DNA of 64,000 bases from Octopus vulgaris (taxonomy: Eukaryota): NCBI GenBank assembly GCA_951406725.2, contig OX597821.1, positions 50,530,001 to 50,594,000 on the forward strand, in the 5' to 3' direction. This document shows, piece by piece, positions 52,595 to 64,000 of the stretch. A model generated the notes under the pieces. That model had not been told where the DNA came from. It saw only the letters and a program-made list of their open reading frames with translations, and made no database searches. The translations under genes were made by a program, and so were the position numbers. Positions within the stretch are counted from its first letter, which is position 1. Each line of letters opens with the position of its first letter.

Positions 52595-55500
52595 GCATAC
52601 TTGAGCATGCTCCGTTGGGTTATCTTGTACGACTTGTTCTTTCAGCCATGAATTTCGTTCCGTTTTTGTTTTGTACAACAACTTTGAGACCGCTTATCAA
52701 TTAGTTTTGCAAGATTCCTGTTTCGGAGAGAGAACGTATTATATTTACCTTTCTGTATACGGTGAACTTCGGTGTTAGTCGGAGGAAGCACTGTTCTTCC
52801 GAGACGATTGTTGTATCTCCATAGATGTTCACGTTAGTGTCCCTGCAGAATTCGGCCGTTAGTGAGGTGTCTGTCACACATTTCCCATCGATCTCATCCG
52901 GGTATCTCCGTTTTTCTTCTTGCTTGATTTTACATTCTTGTGTATACTTCATCCATGTGAATTTCTTGTTGAAATGTTTCTCGCATTTGAGTCTGACATC
53001 AACAGGATGTGACTTTTGCAGGTCTCTGGTATCAAAGAGCTCAGGTCTTATTTTTCTATTCAGCTACGTCCGATGATTGTTGAATTTGATTCTCCGTTTG
53101 AGTCAGAAGCAGTGAAATTTTTTCAAGGTAAAAATAGTTTTTTTGTCGGTTTTAAGTTACTCTTGTTTTATTTATTTATTATATATTTTTTTTTACCGAA
53201 ATATTACCCGAGCTCAAATCAAAATGACTTCAAGAGAACGCTCCTGAAGAAATAATTCTTTCTCGGATGGGCACAAAGCCTGAAATTTTGGGGGAATGAC
53301 TGGTCGATTGCAGTGTTTAACTGGTACTTATTTTATCGACCCCGAAATCGATGAAAAGGAAAGTCTACCCCGGGCAATTTGAACTCAAAACATAAAGACA
53401 GACGATATACTACTAAGCATTTTGTCCGTCGTGCTAACAATTCTTCCAGTTGGCTACCTTAATCCTGTAGAAAGAGATCAATTCTAAAAGAAAAAGTGGC
53501 GTCAGTTTAGATTATCTAAGTGTAGAGTATGGACTAGCCAAATCTATAGACTGTTTCGTTTCGAAAAGGAAGGATGAGCTAAAAAGTGTATCGATGACCA
53601 AAGGTATAAGCTGGAATAATAGTATTCATGCCTTGTATAATAAAGAGATAGAAAATATTTATTCGTATGGATCCAAAAGAAATAGTTAGCTAGTAGTTTA
53701 GTGAGTGAATCATTCTTTTTGTGAAAAAACCAGGTCTCTTTGTGAGTAGCTTGAGAAGTATGTTTCTAGTTCTGGTGCTGTGAATAATGCAAAATCTGTG
53801 AAGCAAGGGTTTGTTTGGATCTTTAAAAAAAACAACAAAAGAATTTCTGGGTGTTCACAGTGTTGTGAGGCATGGTGAGATTGAGATTGCATACCAAAAT
53901 GATTGAAGAAAAGCACCTCACTGAACTATACGAACTTCTGGGTGGGGTACATTTTGTTCGCAACAGGTTATATTGATTGTTTTTGTAAAGGAAAAAATAT
54001 GCTAGGAGGATCTACATTAGACAGAAGGAAACCAAATTTTTGGACATAAGTCAGTAAAGGTTAGGCTAACCATATTTTTCTCTTCAACAAGAATAGATCC
54101 AGTGCGCTTCCAAATGGGAGGCCTGGCTTATCAGAAACTTATGTACCACGTAGTTCGATGATGTGTTTGTCCTCACTGTATATAACTATCTGAAGGTTGA
54201 GTATCTTCTAGTGAAGGCTCTTCTTTCTCCCGCACCAAGTGCCAAAGGAGTTTGATTTTATCAATTTCCTGTCTCCTAATATTATGCCCTTGACAAAGCC
54301 CACAGATAAAAAAATGTGTATACAAAGCATCTCTTTAGGACTAAGTAAGTGACTTCTTCATGTGATATCCAAAGAGTTTCGGAAGAATCACTTGCATTTA
54401 ATAGCGAAATGATAGGGAAAGCTTTCTTCTAAATTCTTGGTCTCTTCTTGGGGAATAGTGCAGCTTAATGCTGTATATGTAAGGAACTTTTGAGACGGAG
54501 CATTTGAATGTAAAGAACTTTTGAGACCTTTGAGACGGAGCTTATAATTAAAGAAATTGTGTACGAAGAGGACGTGAATGACTTGGTTTAGAAGCATAGA
54601 AGAGAACTGAAGGAGTTTCATAGCAAAGAAACTTAATCCTTATAAAAATGACTGGATTCTGAGGAGAGACCAAAATATATAAAGAAGAGCTATATCAGAA
54701 GAGATGAAGAAGTTATTTTTCTGTCTCTGGCATGTTCTCACAGAACATTGGCTATTAGAAGACATTTTCACAAGATAAAAATCCCTGGGACAGTCATCAT
54801 TCTGTATGTAAACACTAAAAATTTTCATTTCACTCGATTCTTAATCTACTAGCATTCTACGAAGAAAAGAAAAGAAAATTATCCCATGAATTTTATTCAG
54901 ACTAATTATTTCCATCTTTAATGAAATGTTTCACTTCATAAAGTATTTAATTAAAGTTGCAGGTCATGTCATGCGGATGATTTCTGAAAAGAATGAAATA
55001 GTGCTGTACATAATTACCTATGACTAAGAATTTTAAGAACTTCATACAAAGTAAAGACTAAAAATTAAATATGTGAATTCCATGCACCTTTTCCCTTAAC
55101 ATTCATTCATTTCAAATTCAAATTACTAATTCTGCCACGAATTATGACAAAATGATTATCTCCCTTGTAATAGCTGTAACTGTTTGAGGGACAACAAATG
55201 CCAGATGTGTAATACCTTCATGAAAAGTATTTCGTTATTTTTGGACTCAGCAGAAAAAAAAAAACAGGTAATAACAGACGATTCTGAGGATCAGTCCGAA
55301 AGGAATTATTCTACGAGGCTTAGAAGAGATGGCATCTTTTCTTCTCTTCAATAATTTTCTTAATTTTCTTCTCCTCCAGCTTTTCCCTTTGGCTGAGTAG
55401 CCTACCAGAATCAGGTGAAAATTTGTATGGGTTCTCAATTGTTATTTCATATCTAATTTTTTTCATGTTCAGTTGTTTCTTTTTTTAAAAATATCATTAA

Positions 55501-55793
55501 ATCACTCCTTCATTTTACACATAATTTTTTATGCAATAAATCCCTTACTATTTATTAGTTTTTATACTTCGTGTGGGAGAGATCTTTGAAATGAGGTGTA
55601 GTTATTTTAATCTATATATTTTAATCTATATATTTTAATTTTCTTCCTGTTTATGTTTGTTGTTTATTTTACTGTACATTAATTAAATTGTTTTTATCGT
55701 ATAATTTTTTTATTGATTATTATAAAATAAATGAAAGATTAAAGCAAATTGAATCAATAGAATTTCAAGCATTAATAGTTTTTACAAAACTGC

Positions 55794-56142
55794 TCAAATT
55801 AACATCCAATTGTATCCCAAAACTCTTTGGGAGTATCTATATACTAGTTTATTTGTACACATTAAAGCGCATAAGGCTTCTTCGGGACAGAGATTGCAAA
55901 ATCTTGAGAACGCGCTGTACGGATTTGTATTGCACTTTCCCTTCCTTGAGTTTCTAGACCAGGCCAGCAAGTGATGCGCTGTGTCTTTTATTAATGTTTT
56001 TAAACGATGCAATAAGGGTCTGATATCGGTTTTGAAGTAATCGGTGGTTGTACCAATGTCTACGGCCATATCATATAGCATTCTCTCTGTACATTTGTAT
56101 ACTACGTTCTTACGAAGATATTCAATCTCCGGAGGAAAGTTC
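55794..56142 (-). pseudogene. Penelope-like GIY-YIG remnant, copy 2
   Basis: Same translation as 24422-24770. Confidence 0.72.
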
Positions 56143-56553
56143 GATTGTATCCACACATACATATACTTCACACGTACATATCAAAATATACATGCTTACA
56201 CACACACATACACATACACTAACACATGCACACACACACGCACATAAACATATACACACACGTACACGCATATAACAAGTACACACACAAAAGTCAAACA
56301 TAAAATAATAATAATAATAATAATAACAACAACAACAAGAGCAATCAGAGAGCACAAACCTCTGCCAAATGGCGGAGGTACTAATAGGTTCTACTCAGGA
56401 GTTCTTGAATGAATAGCATGAGACCTTTTGGTTTTCCCTTCTCTTAAATTTCAGCCTTCCTTTAGTATTTCTCTCGTTTTAGATCGATGTGTAGATGTAT
56501 GTATATATGTAATACTGTATGTTACTGTAACATGTGTATAATATATATACATG

Positions 56554-56588
<35 letters not shown>

Positions 56589-58815
56589 CACAGGATATGT
56601 GTATGTCTGTGTGTTTGTCATGTCGTTAAAACTCGAGATCCACCCAACCAATTTCAATGAAATTTTATACATGCATTACATAGGGTCATGAGCCAAAAAC
56701 ATTTTCAACTTCTTGCCTAATGCAGGCACAGGGGCAGATAAACTGCATTTTAAAAGCATTTTCGCAGCCTTAAGGCCTGTAACTTGAAGTGTATCCAGTC
56801 GCTTTCCTCCAAATTTGCAATAAACATTAATAAGGCTCTTCAAATTGCTGTTGACCAAAAATAAAATTTTCGACGCCAACTATGGGCACCCCTAAAATGC
56901 AGATTAATCAGATTTGAGTATACTGCACTGGGTTTTATCTTTGTTTAAGGCCATTTCCGACGATAAGATATTAACACTACTTGTGCATTATAAGTGGCGT
57001 ATAATATTTCATGAAAATCTTCTTGTCCAGTTTGGCAGAGGAAATGAGAAGAACGTTAAAATTTTTGTTGGCGCCTTGTTGATGCTTCATGTTACCATCC
57101 CGCGCAGCACCGGACATGTGCGCGTGTGTGCGGCTGGGTAAAGGAACAACAAACCTATTCATCCATTCTCCAGAAGTGCCCTGTTGATGTTTCACGTTTC
57201 CAATCCTACGCAACGCAGCATGACCCGGCAGCATGTCTGCTTTCTATGTCATCCATGTCTGAACTGTATGATACAAAATGTCCATACAAAAAACAAACAG
57301 CTGTTGTGACTCACAGCCATTCGAGTTTGACTGTGTGTCCACTTTCGGAAGCTACATTCACCACCTGCAATTAGTCCCAGCTCCCTGTGTTCCCTCTCCT
57401 GTTTAGTCGGACGAATAAATACAGGGTGTCCCAGAATTAACGATGATTTGAGTGAAATCGGATGCATTAAAAAAAAAACTCACTTTTATTTATGCTTATC
57501 ATGTTTAATATGTATTAAAAGTCTATAAATTTTGAATTTTGTTTTTAATTTTATTTTCATTCTTGTTGGACCACTCTTATTTGTCTACGACAGCTTTTTT
57601 TAATTTGGCAGCAATCATTTTCTTTACCTCCATCCCTAAGATGGAGTAATCGTTTAGCTGAGCTTAAAGAACGCATTCATTTAGCAGTACAGGAGCTAAT
57701 TCCTGAACTGCTTCAAAATGTGTTTCACAACGCTAAGGAGAGATTTAAAGTATGCAGGGATACAGACATGTTGAAAAATTTCAATAAAAGTTTGACGTAA
57801 GATTTATAAGTCTATTTGTTTTGGTAATAAACATAAGATTCAGTCAGTTTTTTCAAAAATTTGCTCAATTTCATTGAAACACGTAGTTAATTCTGGAACA
57901 TCCTGCGTGGCGTAGCGTTGTTAGTTGTTGTGTTACTCGAGTAAATATTAAAATCAAAGGTCTTCTCGCCATAAACATCCCATTTTTTGTTAAGCATATT
58001 GTATCAAGGAGTATATTATCTAAAATGTATTTCTCATTTATAGGCATGGCTGTGTGGTTGAGAAGCTTGCTTTCCAATTATGTCGCACAGTGGAATTGAA
58101 CCCAAGGCAAGAAGGGACTACACAATCAGTTCAATGCAGCCACAACAGAAGTTGCTGGAAAAATTGGTGGGATTGGCTGATGAAAGGAACCCTAAAAAAA
58201 GAAACCGAAAGTACTATGCCGACATTACATCTCCGTGCCGATCAAAGCCTTGTGTATTATATAATTGCTATTACTGTATTGATATATAAAATAACATATA
58301 CTGAAGGAATAAATCTATGTATATAATAACACTTTGAATGTGGCTCCCGAGAAAGAGTAAAAGTAATTACCCGATCAACGACGGATATTACTGCTAGTAA
58401 TATATATATATATAGTAAAAATATGTATTATTTAATATCTGAAGGGTTTTGCTGCCATTTGTTTATGTAGTTTGATTTCTTTATCCATCAGTTTCTAAGA
58501 TAGAGACACGAGTAAAATTAATAATAAAGAAACGAAAATAAAACTTTGGAAACAGCTTAAAGGGAGATAATTGAGAAAGACTTGAAAATGAACGTAAGAT
58601 TCTAATCATGTATAGTAAACTAAATATAACAAATAATCCAGAATCCTTGTTCAGCACTGGATCGATCCCAAAATCTAATCAGTTCGTGTCAGTTACTAGG
58701 TCAAACATTCCTGAAAGTTTCATCCGAATCCATCCAGCGGTTCTTGAGATATCCTGTCCACGGACAAACAAACAAACACGACTTAAAACAATATCTACTC
58801 CTTCACTAAAGCGGA

Positions 58816-58891
<76 letters not shown>

Positions 58892-58906
58892 TTATAATAA
58901 TAATAT

Positions 58907-61316
58907 TTGTCTGTAAGTATGAGATCATGGAGAACCACATTGTCTGTAAGTATGAGATCATGGAGAATCACATTTGTCTGTAAGTATGAGATCATGGAGA
59001 ACCACATTGTCTGTAAGTATGTGATCATGGAGAACCACATTGTCTGTAAGTATGAGATCATAGAGAACCACACTTGTCTGTAAGTATGAGATCATGGAGA
59101 ACCACACTAACTTTGAACAGTGACAATGAATCTCTAAATGCTGATGATGTAAAAATTTCCTGTGGCATTTTCCAGGGTGACTCAGTATTACCACTCCTCT
59201 TTTGTTTAGCCTTAATGCCTCTCTCAACTTCAGGATTGCCTTGATAGAGGAATAATACCAGATTAGATGACTAGAGAGAGGACAATACTCATTATTAAAG
59301 ATAAGAGCAAGGGTAATACAGCTAGCAACTAAAGACCAATCACTTGCTTACCATTAGCGTGGAAGCTGTTAACAGGAATGCTTTCAGAAAGCATTTACGA
59401 GCACCTTGACAAACAGAATTTACTACCAGAACAGAAAGGTTGCAGGAAGAAAGCTAGAGGAACGCATGATCTATTATATATAGACAAAGCAGTACTAAAT
59501 GAAGTAAAAGCTAGAAAGAAAAATCTAACAATAGGCTGGATAGATTAAAGGAAAGCCTATGACATGATCCCACACTCATGGATAAGTGAAAGTTTGAATA
59601 TATTCAGTATAGTAGGCAACATAAGGGAATTAATTAGCTCTAGCATGAAGAAATGGAAAATTGATCTCTACTCAGATGACACACTCTTAGAGACAGTTAA
59701 TATCAAAAGAGAAATTTTCCAGGGGAGCTCGTCGTCCCCTTTAATATTTGTCTTCTGTTTGATCCACCCTAGTTTAGTATTAAGCAAGGAAAAGGCAGGG
59801 TATCAGTTCAGAAATAGTAATGGAAATATTAACCATTTGCTCTACATGGATGATCAGAAGCTTTTTAATAATAAAGAAGAGATAGATTCCTTAATACAGA
59901 CTGTAAGACTCTTCAGCAAAGAGAGAGGCATGGAATTTGGCATAGATAAGTGTGCAATATTAGTCATGAGAAGGGGACAGGTAGTCAACAGCAAAGGCAT
60001 GCAATTACCAGATGGCCAGACATCAAAATTATTGAAAGGAGGAGAGAGTTATAAGTATCTAAGAGTATTAGAATCTGGCAGTGTACTAACTACAGAAATA
60101 AAAATGAAAATTTAGGAGTAGCTCAGAAGGCTGAGGAAGCTAATGAAATCAAAGCTAAATGCTCCGAATCTTGTGAAGGCAGTAAATACTTGAGCAGTAT
60201 CATTACTTAGATACTCAGCAGCTTTTGTTGATTAAACAATAACTGAATTAGCAAAGCTGGACAGAAGAACTAGGAAGGAATACAATGTGAATGGAGGACT
60301 CCACCCAAGAGCAGGAGTAGCAAGATTATACTTACCTAGAAAGGAAGGTGGAAGAGGGTTAATATCAGTAGAAGAATGCGTGTAGTTAGTTACAGTAAAT
60401 ATAGACTCCTGTGAAGAAAGGTTATTAAAAGCTGCCAGAGTTACAGCAAGACATAAGGGAAATCAAAACACCAAACAAACTTAAAGATTAGAAAAAAAGA
60501 ACACAAATTGTCTGACTGGCAAAAGAAGGCGTTGCATGGTAGATTCCCAAAGAAAGTTGCAGCAAATAGTAGTAGTGAGACATGGTTATGGTTGCAGAAC
60601 GGAAAGCTGAAGAGGGAGACAGAAAGTTTGTTAGTAGCAGCACAAGATCAAGCATTAAGGACTAATTGGATAAAAGCCAAGATAGACAAAAAATCAAGTA
60701 GATTCCCAATGTAGATTTTGCAAATCAAAAGTGGAATGTGTTACTCATATAGAAAGTGAATGTAGCATGCTGGCACAGAAAGAATACAAGAAAAAATATA
60801 ATCTAGGGAGAGCAATCCACTGGAAGCTATGTAGAAAGCTAGGATTTAAACATACTGATAAATGGTATAAATATCAACCTAGTAAAATACTAAAAAGTAA
60901 GAAATACAAGATGTTGTGGGACTTTAACATTCAAAATGACAGAGTAATAGAAGCTAGAAGACCTGATTTGATAGTAGTAGATAAAGAGAATAGAAAGTGT
61001 CAGATAATTGACTTTACAGACCCAGTTGATGAAAAAATTAGTATGAGGAGTATAGAAAGAATATCAAAGTACTAAGACCTAGCTATTGAATTACAGTGAC
61101 TATGGGTAAAATGTATCCCAGTAGTTATAGGTGCATTGGGAACTATGTCTAAAGATCTGAACAAATGGATAGAGGAAATAGGCATAAAACCCAGTTTAGT
61201 ACAGCTGCAGTGTTATTAGGGACATCTAGGATACTTAGGAGGGTTCTTGGCCCCCAAGGCTACTTGCAGCTCGATGTTTGGAGTCCTTTCTTTTCCAACA
61301 ATCTAATCTGTCGAGT

Positions 61317-61389
<73 letters not shown>

Positions 61390-61417
61390 CACCACCACCA
61401 CCACCACCACCACCACC

Positions 61418-61449
<32 letters not shown>

Positions 61450-61553
61450 CAAACAACAACAATAATAATAATAATACACAGTACTGCTCACGCTCCAGCA
61501 ACAAGGAGGTGTAACAGATGTTGTAGTTGAAATTTGATGAAACTACTAGATGT

Positions 61554-61616
<63 letters not shown>

Positions 61617-63058
61617 GCTACAATATCCTTAACTGGACACGAAATGAACTGTCCAAAATAGATAGGAAAACAAGAAAAATAATGACAGGATCTAGGATGC
61701 ATCACCCAAAATCTGACATAGAAAGACTATATATACAACGTATAGAAGGTGGTAGAGGCCTTATACAGCTGGAAAGCTACTATAAAATAACCACCATAGG
61801 ACTGCAAAAATATCTACTTCAGAAGGAAGGAAAACTGATCCAGATAGCAGCAAAACACGAGCAAAACAAAAAACTGTTTTCAGTATTTAAGGAAGCTGAC
61901 AAATACAAACAAGAAATCATACCACCTAATAAACATGAAGAAGAAGAAGAAGATGAAGAAACAACAAAAGCTATAAAACAAATGAAATCCAAACTAAAAA
62001 TAGAACAGCAACGAACCATGATAAAACGATGGCAAGAAAAGCCCCTTCATCGTAAATACTGGACTAAACTAAACGCAAAAGAAATAGACAAAGAAAAATC
62101 CCAGCAATGGCTGAGAAGCTCAGGACTCAAAGCAGAAACAGAGGGATTTTTAATTGCAGCACAAGACCAAAGCCTCCCCACCAGAAATTACCAAAAACAT
62201 GTAATGAAAAGAAATATTACAAGTAACTGCAGAATATGTGGAGATGGACAAGAAACAATAAATCATATTATCTCTAGCTGCCCAGTCCTGGCTAAGAAGG
62301 AATATATTCACAGACATGACAGAGTTGGAACCTACATACATTGGAAGCTATGCCAACATTATGGAATAACAACAGAAAAAAGATGGTATAGGCACACACC
62401 AGAAAAGGTCACAGAAAACGAGAAAGCAACCATACTCTGGGATATGCCGATACACACAGATAGAGAAATTAAGGCCAACAGACCAGATATAGTTGTCAGA
62501 GATCATGAAGAAAAAAAAATGCTTTCTAATTGATGTATCAATACCGGCAGATGACAACGTGTCTCTAAAAGAAATGGAGAAACTCTCAAAATACAAAGAC
62601 CTGGAAATAGAGGTAACTAGAATGTGGAATCTGAAAACAGAAACAATTCCTATCATAGTAGGTGCATTAGGCATGATAAAAAAATATTCAAACAAATACA
62701 TAACAAAAACACCAGGACTTACAAACACATATAACATACAGAAAATTGCACTACTAGGCACTGCACACATCCTACGCAGAACACTTTCCATACAATAACC
62801 ATCAGAGTATCACAACAAATCACAGCACATACCCAAGGCACACAGAGCTGCGCTCGGTAGTGAAGTGAAAGCACGCTATAAAAATAAAACTACTGAATAA
62901 TAATAATAATATTAATAATAATAATAATAATGAAAAAAAGGATCTTAGTTTAGAGATAGTAAAAGAAAAAATAGCCATTTGCTCTACATGGATGATTTGA
63001 AGCTTTTTAGTTAGAATAAAAATGAAATAGATTCATTGATACAAAGTGTGTGCCTGAA
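58907..63058 (+). mobile_element. R4/Dong-like cluster in (TAA)n, copy 2 (elements B 59225-61317 and C 61616-62897)
   Basis: ORFs 59564-60115, 61550-62533 and 62493-62798 carry RT, CCHC and RLE motifs with fewer frameshifts than copy 1. Confidence 0.92.
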
Positions 63059-63614
63059 CAGGCACGGACACTCTTCGCATCCAGCAGGATGAAGAGGTTC
63101 AGTTACTCGCTACTGATTAACTTCTCGGATACGAGTTAATGCCGACGACGATATATATACGATATGTGAAAGCGCATGGCTCAGTGGTTAGTGCGTCGGA
63201 TTCACAACTATGAGGCAGTGAGTTCGATTTCCGGAGCGGACTATGTGTTGTGTCCTTGAGCAAGACACTTTATTTCACTTTGCTCCAGTCCATTCGGTTG
63301 TAGAAATGAGTTGCGGCGTCACTGGTGCGAAGCTGCATCGGTCTTTGGTTTTTCCATTGAATAGCATCGATGGCGTTAAGAGGGGAGGCTGGCGTGCATG
63401 GGTGACTGCTGGTCTTTTATAAACAACCTTGCCCGTAATTGTACCTCGGAGGGTAACTTTCTAGGTGCAAACCCATGGTCGTCTATGACCGAAGGGGTTT
63501 TTTTTACCACCTTCTCCCCCCTCTCTCTCTCTCTATATATATATATGTTGATTCGCTAGCCTCTGCACGCATTTTTTTCTCTCCTTGTTTCTTTCTGTGT
63601 TTCTTTTCTGTGTA

Positions 63615-63652
63615 TCTTTCTGTTGAAGAGCGTAGGCTCGAAACGTAAAAGA
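63615..63652 (+). ncRNA. Minimal hammerhead motif (CUGUUGA), copy 2
   Basis: Identical to 32253-32290. Confidence 0.6.
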
Positions 63653-63777
63653 CTTGTTTTATTTATATTCCTGAGCGCCATACTAATACAATTGTTTGTT
63701 TGTATTCCACCTGCCTTCGTCTTTTGTTTATTTTCATAAAGCTTCCCGTTATATATATCTATATATCTATATATCTA

Positions 63778-63868
<91 letters not shown>

Positions 63869-63869
63869 A

Positions 63870-63910
<41 letters not shown>

Positions 63911-64000
63911 TTATATATGATTTTATATATTTTTTAAAGCTATTTTTTTTATTTCTCTTAATTTCTTCCTCATTTTATACCTTCCTGTTTTTTCTTGTTC

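Overview
AT-rich, microsatellite-dense eukaryotic DNA made almost entirely of transposable elements. The SINE families and simple-repeat load suggest an octopus/cephalopod genome (inference). Bases 5152-32645 recur almost identically at 36543-64000, starting exactly after a 100-N gap, which most likely reflects an assembly or haplotig duplication. Recognisable elements: an RTE LINE with a 5' inversion, a cluster of R4/Dong-like RLE retrotransposons inside (TAA)n, a piggyBac nested in an RLE LINE with a SINE inside it, Tc1/mariner/pogo remnants, non-autonomous Helitrons, several tRNA-derived SINE families, Penelope-like (GIY-YIG) remnants and one or two candidate host exons near the left end. 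The most interesting signal is non-coding: at least four different hammerhead-ribozyme-like motif families sit next to (TA)n tracts. One is in a perfect 315-bp-arm palindrome. Another, repeated in a ~0.82-kb tandem unit, has its three core strands in an order that is not a circular permutation of hammerhead types I/II/III. All structures were paired by eye; none has been computed or tested.
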